From: Bdellovibrionia bacterium
Lineage (GTDB): Bacteria; Bdellovibrionota; UBA1018
DNA length: 16,063 nt
Direction of reading: 5' to 3'
Assembly: GCA_045805065.1 (NCBI GenBank)
Contig: JBJMMA010000198.1
Location: 1 to 16,063 of the forward strand
Below the pieces are notes generated by a model. It had not been told where the DNA came from and did not search any database. It saw only the letters and a list, made by a program, of their open reading frames with translations. Made by a program: the position numbers and the translations under genes. Shown here piece by piece: positions 1-7,492 of the stretch. How positions within the stretch are numbered: position 1 is the first letter of the stretch; the number at the start of each line of letters is the position of its first letter.

Positions 1-737
1 CCGCCGCTCGTATAACCAGCGACAACGATGTTTCCAGAAGAGTCCGTTACTACTCCATTGGCGTGGGTGTAGTGAGATGATACGCCCAGTTGCCTGGTCC
101 AGATCTTTGCGCCAGTAGAGTCATACTTAGTGACAAAGAAGTCTTCGTATCCAGTTAAAGTATTCCCATCGAGCCCGCCATCGGTATAACCCGTGACAAA
201 GATGTTTCCAGAAGAGTCTGTGGCAACCGCATTGCCGTAAGTGTATTGGGACGCTACGCCCAGTTGCCGAGTCCATTGCTTGGTTCCACTGGCGTTATAT
301 TTAGTGACAAAAAAGTCGTTGTAGCCTGCAAGGGTGTTTCCATCGAGGCCCCCAGTGGTGTAACCTGCAACAAAGATATTGCCGGAAGAGTCAGTGGTGA
401 CTCCATTGCCGTAAGTGTACTGAGACGCTACGCCCAATAGACGAGTCCAAATCTTTGCGCCAGCCGAGTCGTACTTAGTGACAAAGAAGTCTTGCCTTCC
501 CGCGACAGTATTTCCATCCAGATCACCGTTCGTATTGCCTGCGACATAAAAATTTCCAGATGAGTCAGAGGCTGCTGCCTTGCCATTGGTGAAAGCTGCC
601 AGGGACCGAGTCCCTAATTGCTTAGTCCAGGCGGGAAGAGGGGCCTGTAAAGTGGCGCCAGCATTCATGCCTAAAAAGGCGAATGCTGAAAGCGGGGCAA
701 ATAAAAGCAAAATGAGAGCAGTCGAAAATAGCCTCAC
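1..737 (-). CDS. SBBP-repeat (beta-propeller) secreted protein, paralog A; 3' end runs off the window
   Basis: Not in the ORF track because it has no stop in the window. Manual translation from GTG at 737: MRLFSTALILLLFAPLSAFAFLGMNAGATLQAPLPAWTKQLG..., then 58-aa repeats (DSSGNIFVAGxTxGGLDGNTLxGxxDFFVTKYDSxGxKxWTRQLG). Open to position 1. Signal-peptide-like N-terminus. Confidence 0.88.
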   Translation of the reverse strand, partial: MRLFSTALILLLFAPLSAFAFLGMNAGATLQAPLPAWTKQLGTRSLAAFTNGKAAASDSSGNFYVAGNTNGDLDGNTVAGRQDFFVTKYDSAGAKIWTRLLGVASQYTYGNGVTTDSSGNIFVAGYTTGGLDGNTLAGYNDFFVTKYNASGTKQWTRQLGVASQYTYGNAVATDSSGNIFVTGYTDGGLDGNTLTGYEDFFVTKYDSTGAKIWTRQLGVSSHYTHANGVVTDSSGNIVVAGYTSG

Positions 738-744
738 TTCTCTA

Positions 745-752
745 TTATCGGG
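745..752 (-). promoter_or_regulatory. Putative sigma-28/FliA-type -10 element (CCCGATAA)
   Basis: 7/8 match to GCCGATAA, 7 nt upstream of the GTG at 737; no Shine-Dalgarno; -35 is weak. Confidence 0.5.
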
Positions 753-875
753 CTTTTGTGGAAAATATTCCCTGAAAAATAGTAATATAAACCAAGTGAT
801 AACAATGGCTTAAGTGACGGTTTATATTTTCTTCACAATCATTATGTAATTCATATCCGGTATTGCGTCTGAGTC

Positions 876-3419
876 CTAATTGCCAATGTACTGGCAGGCA
901 AAGGCGTCTTGGGTGCCGATCTGAGAATTGAAGTCGAGCCCGCCAGTTGTAGTTCCTGCTATGTAAATGCGACCCGATGGATGTACGGCAATACTATTGC
1001 CAGAGGTGATACTTGAAACAGATCCCATCTGCCTGGTCCACTGCCGAAGTCCCGCAGAAGTGTATTTGGTGACAAAGACGTCTTTTGTTCCCGTGGATGT
1101 GTTTCCATCCAGCCCGCCTGAAGTAGAGCCTGTGACAAAGATATTGCCTGAGGAGTCGATGGCAACGGCATTGGCCCAAGTGCTGTGAGAAGCTACGCCC
1201 AACTGCTTGGTCCAAAGCTTTGTGCCAGAAGAATTGTACTTAGTGACAAAGAAGTCATTTGATCCTGAGAGCGTATTTCCGTCCAATCCACCGCTGGTGC
1301 CGCCGGAAACAAAAACGTTACCAGATGAGTCGGTGGTCAGTCCATACGCTTCAGTCCATGTAGAAGCTACGCCTAACTGCTTTGTCCAAAGCTTTGTGCC
1401 ACTAGAATTGTACTTAGTGACGAAGAAATCTTCCGTGCCTATAAGCGTATTTCCGTCCAATCCACCATCGGTGTTGCCCGCAACATAGACGTTACCTGAT
1501 GAGTCAGTTGCAACGGCATTGGCCCAAACGCCATGAGAAGCTACGCCTAACTGCTTGGTCCAAAGTTTTGTGCCAGAAGGATCGTATTTTGTGACAAAGA
1601 AGTCTTCCCATCCCGTGATCGTGTTTCCGTCCAATCCAGCAGCAGTGCTGCCCGCAACAAACACATTGCCTGATGAGTCGGTCGCCACTGCATACGCCTC
1701 AGTCCACCCAGAAGCTGCGCCCAGTTCCCTGGTCCAAAGTTTTGTGCCAGAGGGATCGTATTTTGTGACAAAGAAGTCTTCATCTCCCGCGAAAGTATTT
1801 CCATCCAGTCCGTCCTGAGTAAGGCCTGCGACAAAGACATTGCCTGAAGGATCAGTGGCTACCGCGTATGCCACGGTCCATGCATCTGTGCCTAACTGCC
1901 GTGTCCAAAGTTTTGTGCCACTAGAACTATACTTAGTGACAAAGAAATCTTTTCCACCGGATTGAGAATTTCCATCCAAGCCGCCATCAGTAGTGCCTGC
2001 AACATATAGGTTTCCAAGACCGTCAATGGCGGCGACTCCAGTACTGATATCAACACGCCCTAAAGTGCCGAGCTGTTTTGTCCAAGTCTTTGTGCCCGTG
2101 GAATCATACTTAGTGACATAGGAGTCTTGGCTTCCTGTCAGCGTATTTCCGTCGAGCCCTCCGTATGTAGAACCTGCAACAAAGATATTGCCAGATGAGT
2201 CAGTGGCAACTCCAGAGCCGGAAGTAGAGGTCGAGGCTACGCCCAATTGCTTACTCCACTGTTTTGCCCCTGTAGAATCATACTTAGTAACAAAGAAGTC
2301 TTGAGTTCCTGTCAGGGAGTTTCCATCCAAACCGCCATTGGTATGCCCTGCAACAAAGATGTTTCCTGATGAGTCGGTTTTAACTCCATATGCATTAGTA
2401 TATTGAGAGGCCGCGCCCAATTGCTTGGTCCAAATCTTTGCGCCCGTGGAATCATACTTGGTGACAAAAAAGTCAGAGGTTCCTGTCAGGGAGTTTCCAT
2501 CTAGTCCACCATAGGTATAGCCTGCAACAAAGATGTTTCCTGAGGAGTCGGTTGTGACGGCCATTCCACTGGTGGATTTTGAGGCCGCGCCCAATTGCTT
2601 GGTCCAAATCTTTGCTCCAGTCGAATCATACTTGGTAACAAAGAAGTCTGTGGTTCCTGTCAGCGTGTTTCCATCGAGTCCGCCTGAGGTTTGGCCTGCC
2701 ACAAAAATGTTTCCTGATAAGTCGGTAGTGACTGCAAGTCCGAAAGTGAAGTTGGTGGCTTTGCCCAATTGTTTGGTCCATTGTTTTACACCTGCAGAAT
2801 CATACTTAGTGACAAAGAAGTCTATAGAGCCTGTGAGTGTATTTCCGTCTAGTCCGCCATCCGTATTGCCTGCGACAAAGACGTTCCCCGATGAGTCAGT
2901 TGCAACGCCGCGGGCTGCAGTGGTTTTGGTAGCTATCCCCAATTGCTTGGTCCAGAGCTTTGCCCCCGTCGAATCGTACTTGGTGACAAAGAAGTCCTGA
3001 TATCCGGTGAGTGTATTTCCATCAAGACCACCGGTGGTGTCACCTGCAACAAAGATGTTTCCGACTGAGTCGGTGGCGACGGCATTGCCATTGACATTCT
3101 TAGAGGCTACTCCTAACTGCCGAGTCCAAAGTACCGTGCCGGATGGGTTGTACTTCGTAACAAAAAAGTCCCTGGTTCCTGTCAGCGTATTTCCGCCCAG
3201 ATCGCCTTTTGTGTAACCCGCAATGATAATGTTTCCGGATGGATCGCTGGCTACTGCGTTGGTGCTGGTAGGTTCTAGAACCGTGTGAGCTCCGATTTGC
3301 CTGGTCCAGGCGGGGAGAGGTCCCTGCAAAGTCGCTCCGGCATTCATGCCTAAAAAGGCAGATGCTTGAAGAGGAGCGAAAAGCAAAAGTCCAATCAAAG
3401 TGGTTACAAATTGCCGCAC
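876..3419 (-). CDS. SBBP-repeat secreted protein, paralog B; 14 blades, probable double seven-bladed beta-propeller (847 aa)
   Basis: ORF 876..3488. Start moved to the in-frame GTG at 3419 by alignment with paralog A (MRQFVTTLIGLLLFAPLQASAFLGMNAGATLQGPLPAW). Has 14 copies of the DFFVTKY-type strand at ~58-aa period. Confidence 0.9.
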   Translation of the reverse strand: MRQFVTTLIGLLLFAPLQASAFLGMNAGATLQGPLPAWTRQIGAHTVLEPTSTNAVASDPSGNIIIAGYTKGDLGGNTLTGTRDFFVTKYNPSGTVLWTRQLGVASKNVNGNAVATDSVGNIFVAGDTTGGLDGNTLTGYQDFFVTKYDSTGAKLWTKQLGIATKTTAARGVATDSSGNVFVAGNTDGGLDGNTLTGSIDFFVTKYDSAGVKQWTKQLGKATNFTFGLAVTTDLSGNIFVAGQTSGGLDGNTLTGTTDFFVTKYDSTGAKIWTKQLGAASKSTSGMAVTTDSSGNIFVAGYTYGGLDGNSLTGTSDFFVTKYDSTGAKIWTKQLGAASQYTNAYGVKTDSSGNIFVAGHTNGGLDGNSLTGTQDFFVTKYDSTGAKQWSKQLGVASTSTSGSGVATDSSGNIFVAGSTYGGLDGNTLTGSQDSYVTKYDSTGTKTWTKQLGTLGRVDISTGVAAIDGLGNLYVAGTTDGGLDGNSQSGGKDFFVTKYSSSGTKLWTRQLGTDAWTVAYAVATDPSGNVFVAGLTQDGLDGNTFAGDEDFFVTKYDPSGTKLWTRELGAASGWTEAYAVATDSSGNVFVAGSTAAGLDGNTITGWEDFFVTKYDPSGTKLWTKQLGVASHGVWANAVATDSSGNVYVAGNTDGGLDGNTLIGTEDFFVTKYNSSGTKLWTKQLGVASTWTEAYGLTTDSSGNVFVSGGTSGGLDGNTLSGSNDFFVTKYNSSGTKLWTKQLGVASHSTWANAVAIDSSGNIFVTGSTSGGLDGNTSTGTKDVFVTKYTSAGLRQWTRQMGSVSSITSGNSIAVHPSGRIYIAGTTTGGLDFNSQIGTQDAFACQYIGN
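900..3310 (-). repeat. Intragenic degenerate tandem repeat, ~174-bp unit (one propeller blade)
   Basis: Identical 35-mer gaggccgcgcccaattgcttggtccaaatctttgc at 2407 and 2581 (174 bp apart); gtgacaaagaagtc-like motif recurs at this period. Confidence 0.9.
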
Positions 3420-3426
3420 TCTTCTA

Positions 3427-3434
3427 TTTTCGGC
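3427..3434 (-). promoter_or_regulatory. Putative sigma-28/FliA-type -10 element (GCCGAAAA)
   Basis: 7/8 match to GCCGATAA, 7 nt upstream of the GTG at 3419; GAGAGTTT lies 12 nt further upstream (partial match to TAAAGTTT). Confidence 0.5.
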
Positions 3435-3563
3435 TTTTTTCCAATAAAACTCTCGGAAATGAAGAAAGATAAAAATGCCTGAAATCAAGCACTTATGGCG
3501 AACTTTACAAGGTATTAACAGTTATTTCTGGAGTCATAAAAGTAAACTAAAACAATGTATGAA

Positions 3564-3608
3564 TTAAATGCCAATGTATTGGCAGACAAAGGCATCATAG
3601 GAACCGGC
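3564..3608 (-). pseudogene. Relic 3' end of a third SBBP paralog
   Basis: Translates to AGSYDAFVCQYIGI* versus IGTQDAFACQYIGN* of paralog B. 33/42 nt identical (3564-3605 vs 876-917). Spacing to the next paralog start is similar (144 vs 138 bp). Confidence 0.8.
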
Positions 3609-3619
3609 TTTTATATGAT

Positions 3620-4993
3620 TTAAGTCATTTTTTGACGAGCGCGCTGAATCTGCTCACGAACCGCATCAGGTCCTGTTCCACCGCGCGTCTTGCGCGCAGA
3701 AAGAACCGCCAGAGGCTTGAGAGCTGCAACAACAGATTCGTCGATACGAGCATCAAAAGTCTTGAGCTCATCAAGAGAAAGATCTTCAAGACCGATTCCG
3801 CGGCCCAAGCAGTGACGAACCGCTTTGCCAGAAATCTCATGCGCATCACGGAAAGTGACCCCTTTGCGAACAAGCGCATCGGCCAAGTCCGTTGCGTTGG
3901 ATTGATCGCCATGAACGGAGTTCATCATTTTTTCTGCTTTGACTTGGATTGTCTCAAGCATGAGACGAGTCATGCGAACACAAGAGTGAACCGTGTCGAG
4001 ACCCTCAAAGAGGAAGGTCTTATCTTCTTGAAGGTCGCGATTGTAAGAAAGGGGAAGTGCCTTGAGCATCGTGAGTGCGCCCATGAGAGCGCCATGCACG
4101 CGACCCACGCGTCCACGGATAAGCTCCGCGACGTCAGGGTTTTTCTTTTGCGGCATGATGCTGCTTCCAGTGGTGACCGAGTCATCCAGCTCAATGAAAT
4201 TGAACTCAGGAGTGGACCACAGGCAGAGCTCTTCAGCCATTCTTGAAAGATGAGTCATGATGAGCGATGCGGAGCAGAGGAACTCAACGACAAAGTCGCG
4301 ATCACTGACAGCATCAAGACTGTTTTCGCAAATGCTATCAAAGCCGAGCTCGCGTGCGGTCATTTCGCGATCCAGTGGAAAGGAAGTGCCGGCAAGAGCG
4401 GCGCTTCCAAGCGGCATGTGATTGATGCGCTTGCGGCAATCTGCGAGACGCTCGCGATCGCGCTCAAGCATCCAGAAATAAGCCATCCAGTGATGCGCAA
4501 GGCTTACAGGCTGCGCATGCTGCATGTGGGTGAGACCTGGAAGAACGGTCTCAAGATGTTTTTCTGAGTTGTCTAAGAGCCAGCTTTGAAGTGCTGAAAT
4601 TTCTCCAGAGAGAGAATCGACTTGGCCACGAATGTAAAGGCGGGTTGCGGTTGCAACCTGATCATTGCGGCTTCGAGCGGTGTGAAGTTTTCCAGCTACC
4701 GTTCCAGCCTTGTCAAAGAGCATTCGCTCGATTTCAGAGTGAATGTCCTCGGCGTTTGGATTGAGCTCGACCGCGCCTTTTTCAAAATCAGCGAGAATCG
4801 ACTCAAGTCCTTTGACCAGGGCGTCCACTTCGGAAGAATTCAGAACACCGACTTTACCGAGCATGCGCGCGTGCGCGATGCTTCCGGTAATGTCAGCTTT
4901 CCAAAGCCGGGAGTCCACGCCAATCGATGCCGTGAACGCCTCAACTTCTCGGTTAGTTTCTTTTTCGAAGCGGCCGCCCCAGAGTTTTTTCAT
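3620..4993 (-). CDS. argH: Argininosuccinate lyase
   Basis: KLWGGRF N-terminus, GKLHTARSRNDQ, GSSIMPQKKNPD signature; 457 aa; follows argG. Confidence 0.98.
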   Translation of the reverse strand: MKKLWGGRFEKETNREVEAFTASIGVDSRLWKADITGSIAHARMLGKVGVLNSSEVDALVKGLESILADFEKGAVELNPNAEDIHSEIERMLFDKAGTVAGKLHTARSRNDQVATATRLYIRGQVDSLSGEISALQSWLLDNSEKHLETVLPGLTHMQHAQPVSLAHHWMAYFWMLERDRERLADCRKRINHMPLGSAALAGTSFPLDREMTARELGFDSICENSLDAVSDRDFVVEFLCSASLIMTHLSRMAEELCLWSTPEFNFIELDDSVTTGSSIMPQKKNPDVAELIRGRVGRVHGALMGALTMLKALPLSYNRDLQEDKTFLFEGLDTVHSCVRMTRLMLETIQVKAEKMMNSVHGDQSNATDLADALVRKGVTFRDAHEISGKAVRHCLGRGIGLEDLSLDELKTFDARIDESVVAALKPLAVLSARKTRGGTGPDAVREQIQRARQKMT

Positions 4994-5002
4994 GATCAGC
5001 TC

Positions 5003-6202
5003 TTACTTTTGGCCTTTTTGGGCTTTGAGGTGGAAGTACATGCGAGGTTGAAGACCGAAGTTCTTCACCGTGCCGGTGCTTTCACGCTGGTCAAAGCTTG
5101 TGGTGTCAAAGGATGCAAGCTCTTCGGAATAAAGAGCCCAGTCGCTCTTGCGGCCGATGACTTGGAAATTACCTTTATAGAGGCGCATGCGAACCGTTCC
5201 GGTCACGCGCTCTTGCGTCTTGTTGATGAAAGCTTCGAGGTCGTCCTTGAACGGATCCCACCAGAGGCCTTCGTAAGCCAGGCGTGACCATTCACCGTCA
5301 ATCGTTGCTTTGAAGCGCAGCTCTTCGCGGGTGAGGACGAGAGCCTCAAGAGCGCGGTGCGCACCCAAGATCAAGGTTGCGCCTGGGCACTCGTAGTTCT
5401 CACGAACTTTGAGTCCGAGCATGCGGTCTTCCATGATGTCGATGCGGCCGATGCCGTGATCGCCAGCAAAGCGATTAGCCATGTTGACCAGGGATGCTGG
5501 TCCAAGCTTTTCGCCATTCAATGCGACTGGAACGCCGTTTTCGAAATCAATGGAGAGTTCCATTGGCTTTGCGGCAGCTTCCATCGGATCTTTGGTCCAC
5601 TGGAAGATTTCAGCTGGAGGGGTGAAGTCTGGCTCTTCGAGGCGTCCGCCTTCAATGGAGCGGCCCCAGAGGTTTTCGTCGATGCTCCAGATCTTCTCGA
5701 GGCTTTGCTTGATTGGCACGCCTTTCTTTTGAGCGTATTCGATTTCCCAGGAGCGGGTCATGTTGCGCTCGCGGACTGGAGCGTGAATGATAGCTTCTGG
5801 CATGAGAGCGCGAATGGCGTACTCGATGCGGAACTGGTCGTTGCCCTTACCGGTGCAGCCGTGAGCGAAAGCCGTTGCTCCGACCTTCTTAGCGATCTCA
5901 ACAGCCTTGGCGCCGATCAAAGGACGGGCGATCGAAGTGCTGATCGGATAACCTTGATAGTAGCCGTTGGCCTTAACGGAGGAGAAGCAGTAGTCGCGAG
6001 CAAATTCTTCGCGCGCATCCACCGTATAATGTTCGGTGCCCAGGATTTTTGCCTTCTCGGCAGCTTCGCGGATGTCTTGCTCAGGTTGACCAACGTCCAC
6101 CGTCACGGTGACCACGCGCTCGTAGCCATACTCTTCGCGCATCAGGGGAATACAAACGGAGGTATCCAAGCCACCGGAATAGACCAAAACGACTGTTTTC
6201 AT
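5003..6202 (-). CDS. argG: Argininosuccinate synthase
   Basis: YSGGLDTS PP-loop, HGCTGKGNDQ, SIDENLWGRSIEGG; AAGGA RBS upstream. Confidence 0.98.
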   Translation of the reverse strand: MKTVVLVYSGGLDTSVCIPLMREEYGYERVVTVTVDVGQPEQDIREAAEKAKILGTEHYTVDAREEFARDYCFSSVKANGYYQGYPISTSIARPLIGAKAVEIAKKVGATAFAHGCTGKGNDQFRIEYAIRALMPEAIIHAPVRERNMTRSWEIEYAQKKGVPIKQSLEKIWSIDENLWGRSIEGGRLEEPDFTPPAEIFQWTKDPMEAAAKPMELSIDFENGVPVALNGEKLGPASLVNMANRFAGDHGIGRIDIMEDRMLGLKVRENYECPGATLILGAHRALEALVLTREELRFKATIDGEWSRLAYEGLWWDPFKDDLEAFINKTQERVTGTVRMRLYKGNFQVIGRKSDWALYSEELASFDTTSFDQRESTGTVKNFGLQPRMYFHLKAQKGQK

Positions 6203-6295
6203 TTTTAGTAAGTTCCTTCAGAAAAATCTCTTGGGAAAATTCCCTAGAGAGTCCCGACCAAGGCCAGAATGGCACCGGTCGTCAATTTTGTTATG

Positions 6296-6313
6296 CGTGC
6301 ATATGTATGCAGT
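6296..6313. promoter_or_regulatory. ARG box (ArgR operator), argG side
   Basis: Palindromic core TGCATA-TG-TATGCA at 6298-6311, resembling the TGAATAwwwATNCA ARG-box consensus. Confidence 0.75.
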
Positions 6314-6340
6314 TTTTTTCCTTTAGGCAAGAATAAAGCG

Positions 6341-6370
6341 TTGACGGGACGGATTAGAGAGCATATTTAT
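6341..6370 (+). promoter_or_regulatory. Putative sigma-70 promoter for argCJBFR
   Basis: TTGACG at 6341-6346; AT-rich -10 region (TATTTAT from 6364) 17 bp downstream, overlapped by an ARG box. The -10 match is imperfect. Confidence 0.5.
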
Positions 6371-6396
6371 GCAACCACAATGCATAAATATGAACC
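6358..6396. promoter_or_regulatory. Tandem ARG boxes (ArgR operator), argC side
   Basis: Cores AGCATATTTATGCA (6360-6373) and TGCATAAATATGAA (6381-6394) are exactly 21 bp apart, the canonical 18+3 arrangement; argR is in the same cluster. Confidence 0.85.
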
Positions 6397-6430
6397 TCAA
6401 CCAAAAAACGAGAGCGGTCAGTCATCTGCG

Positions 6431-7492
6431 ATGACGCAATCGGCCAAGGGCGTCGCAAAAGTCGCGATTGTTGGCGCTCGTGGATACGCGGGCGTGGATC
6501 TGGCGCGCATTCTGTTGCGCCATCCAGCGGTTCAGCTTTCTGCATGCTTTGCTGGCGAATCAGCCTTCTCTTTAGAGAGCTATCTTCCAGAAGAGTCCGC
6601 AAAGAGCGTTCAAATTCTGCCTGTCAGCGAGATCACTCAGCATCTCTCCGGCCTAAAGGCTGTGTTCCTAGCAACTCCTGCTGAAGCATCTGCAGATCTT
6701 GCTTCAAAAATCCTCAGCGCAAATGCTGATGTGAAAGTCATCGACCTGAGCGGCGCGTTCCGCCTGGATGCTGAAGGCACAAAGAAATGGTACGGCCTTT
6801 CTGAGAATCCATATCTTGCTCAAGCTCATTACGGTCTTGTTCCTTGGAGTGGGCCTTACTCCAAAGAGACGCGCTTGATTTCAAATCCAGGTTGCTACGC
6901 CACCGCAACGCTCATGGCGATTCTTCCGCTTTTGAAGGCAGGCGTCATCGACCCACGCACGCTGGTAGTCGACGCAAAATCAGGCGCAACGGGTGCTGGT
7001 CGCAAAGCTTCTGAGAATCTTCTTTTTTGTGAAGTCGAAGGTGAGTGCCTTCCTTACCGCATCGGGAAGCATCAACACGTTCCTGAAATCGTTCGTTATG
7101 TGGAGAAGTTCACCGGCGCATCGATTGATCCGGTCTTTGCAACGCATCTTCTTCCAATCCGTCGTGGAATTTTAGCGTCTGTTTACGCCCGAACGACCAA
7201 ATCTTTTTCAAACGAGGACATTGCTTCCATTTATAACGAAGCATACTCGCACTATCCGCTTGTCCGTCATGGACTGGCAACGGATCAGAACCGCGCGCAC
7301 CTCTCGCTCAAGCGTATTTCAGGAAGCGCGCGCACTGAGATCCGTTACCTCATTGACGGGGATAAGCTTCACGTCTTCTCACTGATTGATAATTTGCTGA
7401 AGGGTGCCGCGAGCCAGGCAGTCGAGAATTTGAACCGGATTCTTGATCTTCCAGTCTCGACGGGACTCAAAGAATTAGAGGGCACACTATGA
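6431..7492 (+). CDS. argC: N-acetyl-gamma-glutamyl-phosphate reductase
   Basis: VAIVGARGYAG Rossmann motif, IDLSGAFRL, catalytic NPGCY, SGATGAG, DNLLKGAASQAVEN. ATG 6431 preferred because upstream starts (6269, 6380) lie in the operator region; start uncertain. Confidence 0.95.
   Translation: MTQSAKGVAKVAIVGARGYAGVDLARILLRHPAVQLSACFAGESAFSLESYLPEESAKSVQILPVSEITQHLSGLKAVFLATPAEASADLASKILSANADVKVIDLSGAFRLDAEGTKKWYGLSENPYLAQAHYGLVPWSGPYSKETRLISNPGCYATATLMAILPLLKAGVIDPRTLVVDAKSGATGAGRKASENLLFCEVEGECLPYRIGKHQHVPEIVRYVEKFTGASIDPVFATHLLPIRRGILASVYARTTKSFSNEDIASIYNEAYSHYPLVRHGLATDQNRAHLSLKRISGSARTEIRYLIDGDKLHVFSLIDNLLKGAASQAVENLNRILDLPVSTGLKELEGTL

Noticed and set aside
246..3216. Plus-strand ORFs with repeated YLVTKKS/VFPS motifs
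   Set aside because: Antisense shadows of the SBBP repeats.
1..3310. CRISPR array or non-coding repeat
   Set aside because: The period is 174 bp, in frame, with third-position variation and no unique spacers; these are protein-coding blades.
3420..3488. N-terminal extension of SBBP paralog B as in the ORF track (likewise 12063-12164 and 14218-14310)
   Set aside because: Downstream starts fit the paralog alignment, signal peptides, RBS or promoter spacing better.
876..3608. Diversity-generating retroelement (3564-3605 as template for the C-terminus at 876-917)
   Set aside because: No reverse transcriptase in the window, the match is only 42 bp, and the mismatches are not adenine-specific on the coding strand.
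6269..6430. 54-aa N-terminal extension of ArgC
   Set aside because: It spans the promoter and ARG boxes; ArgC homology begins at KVAIVG.
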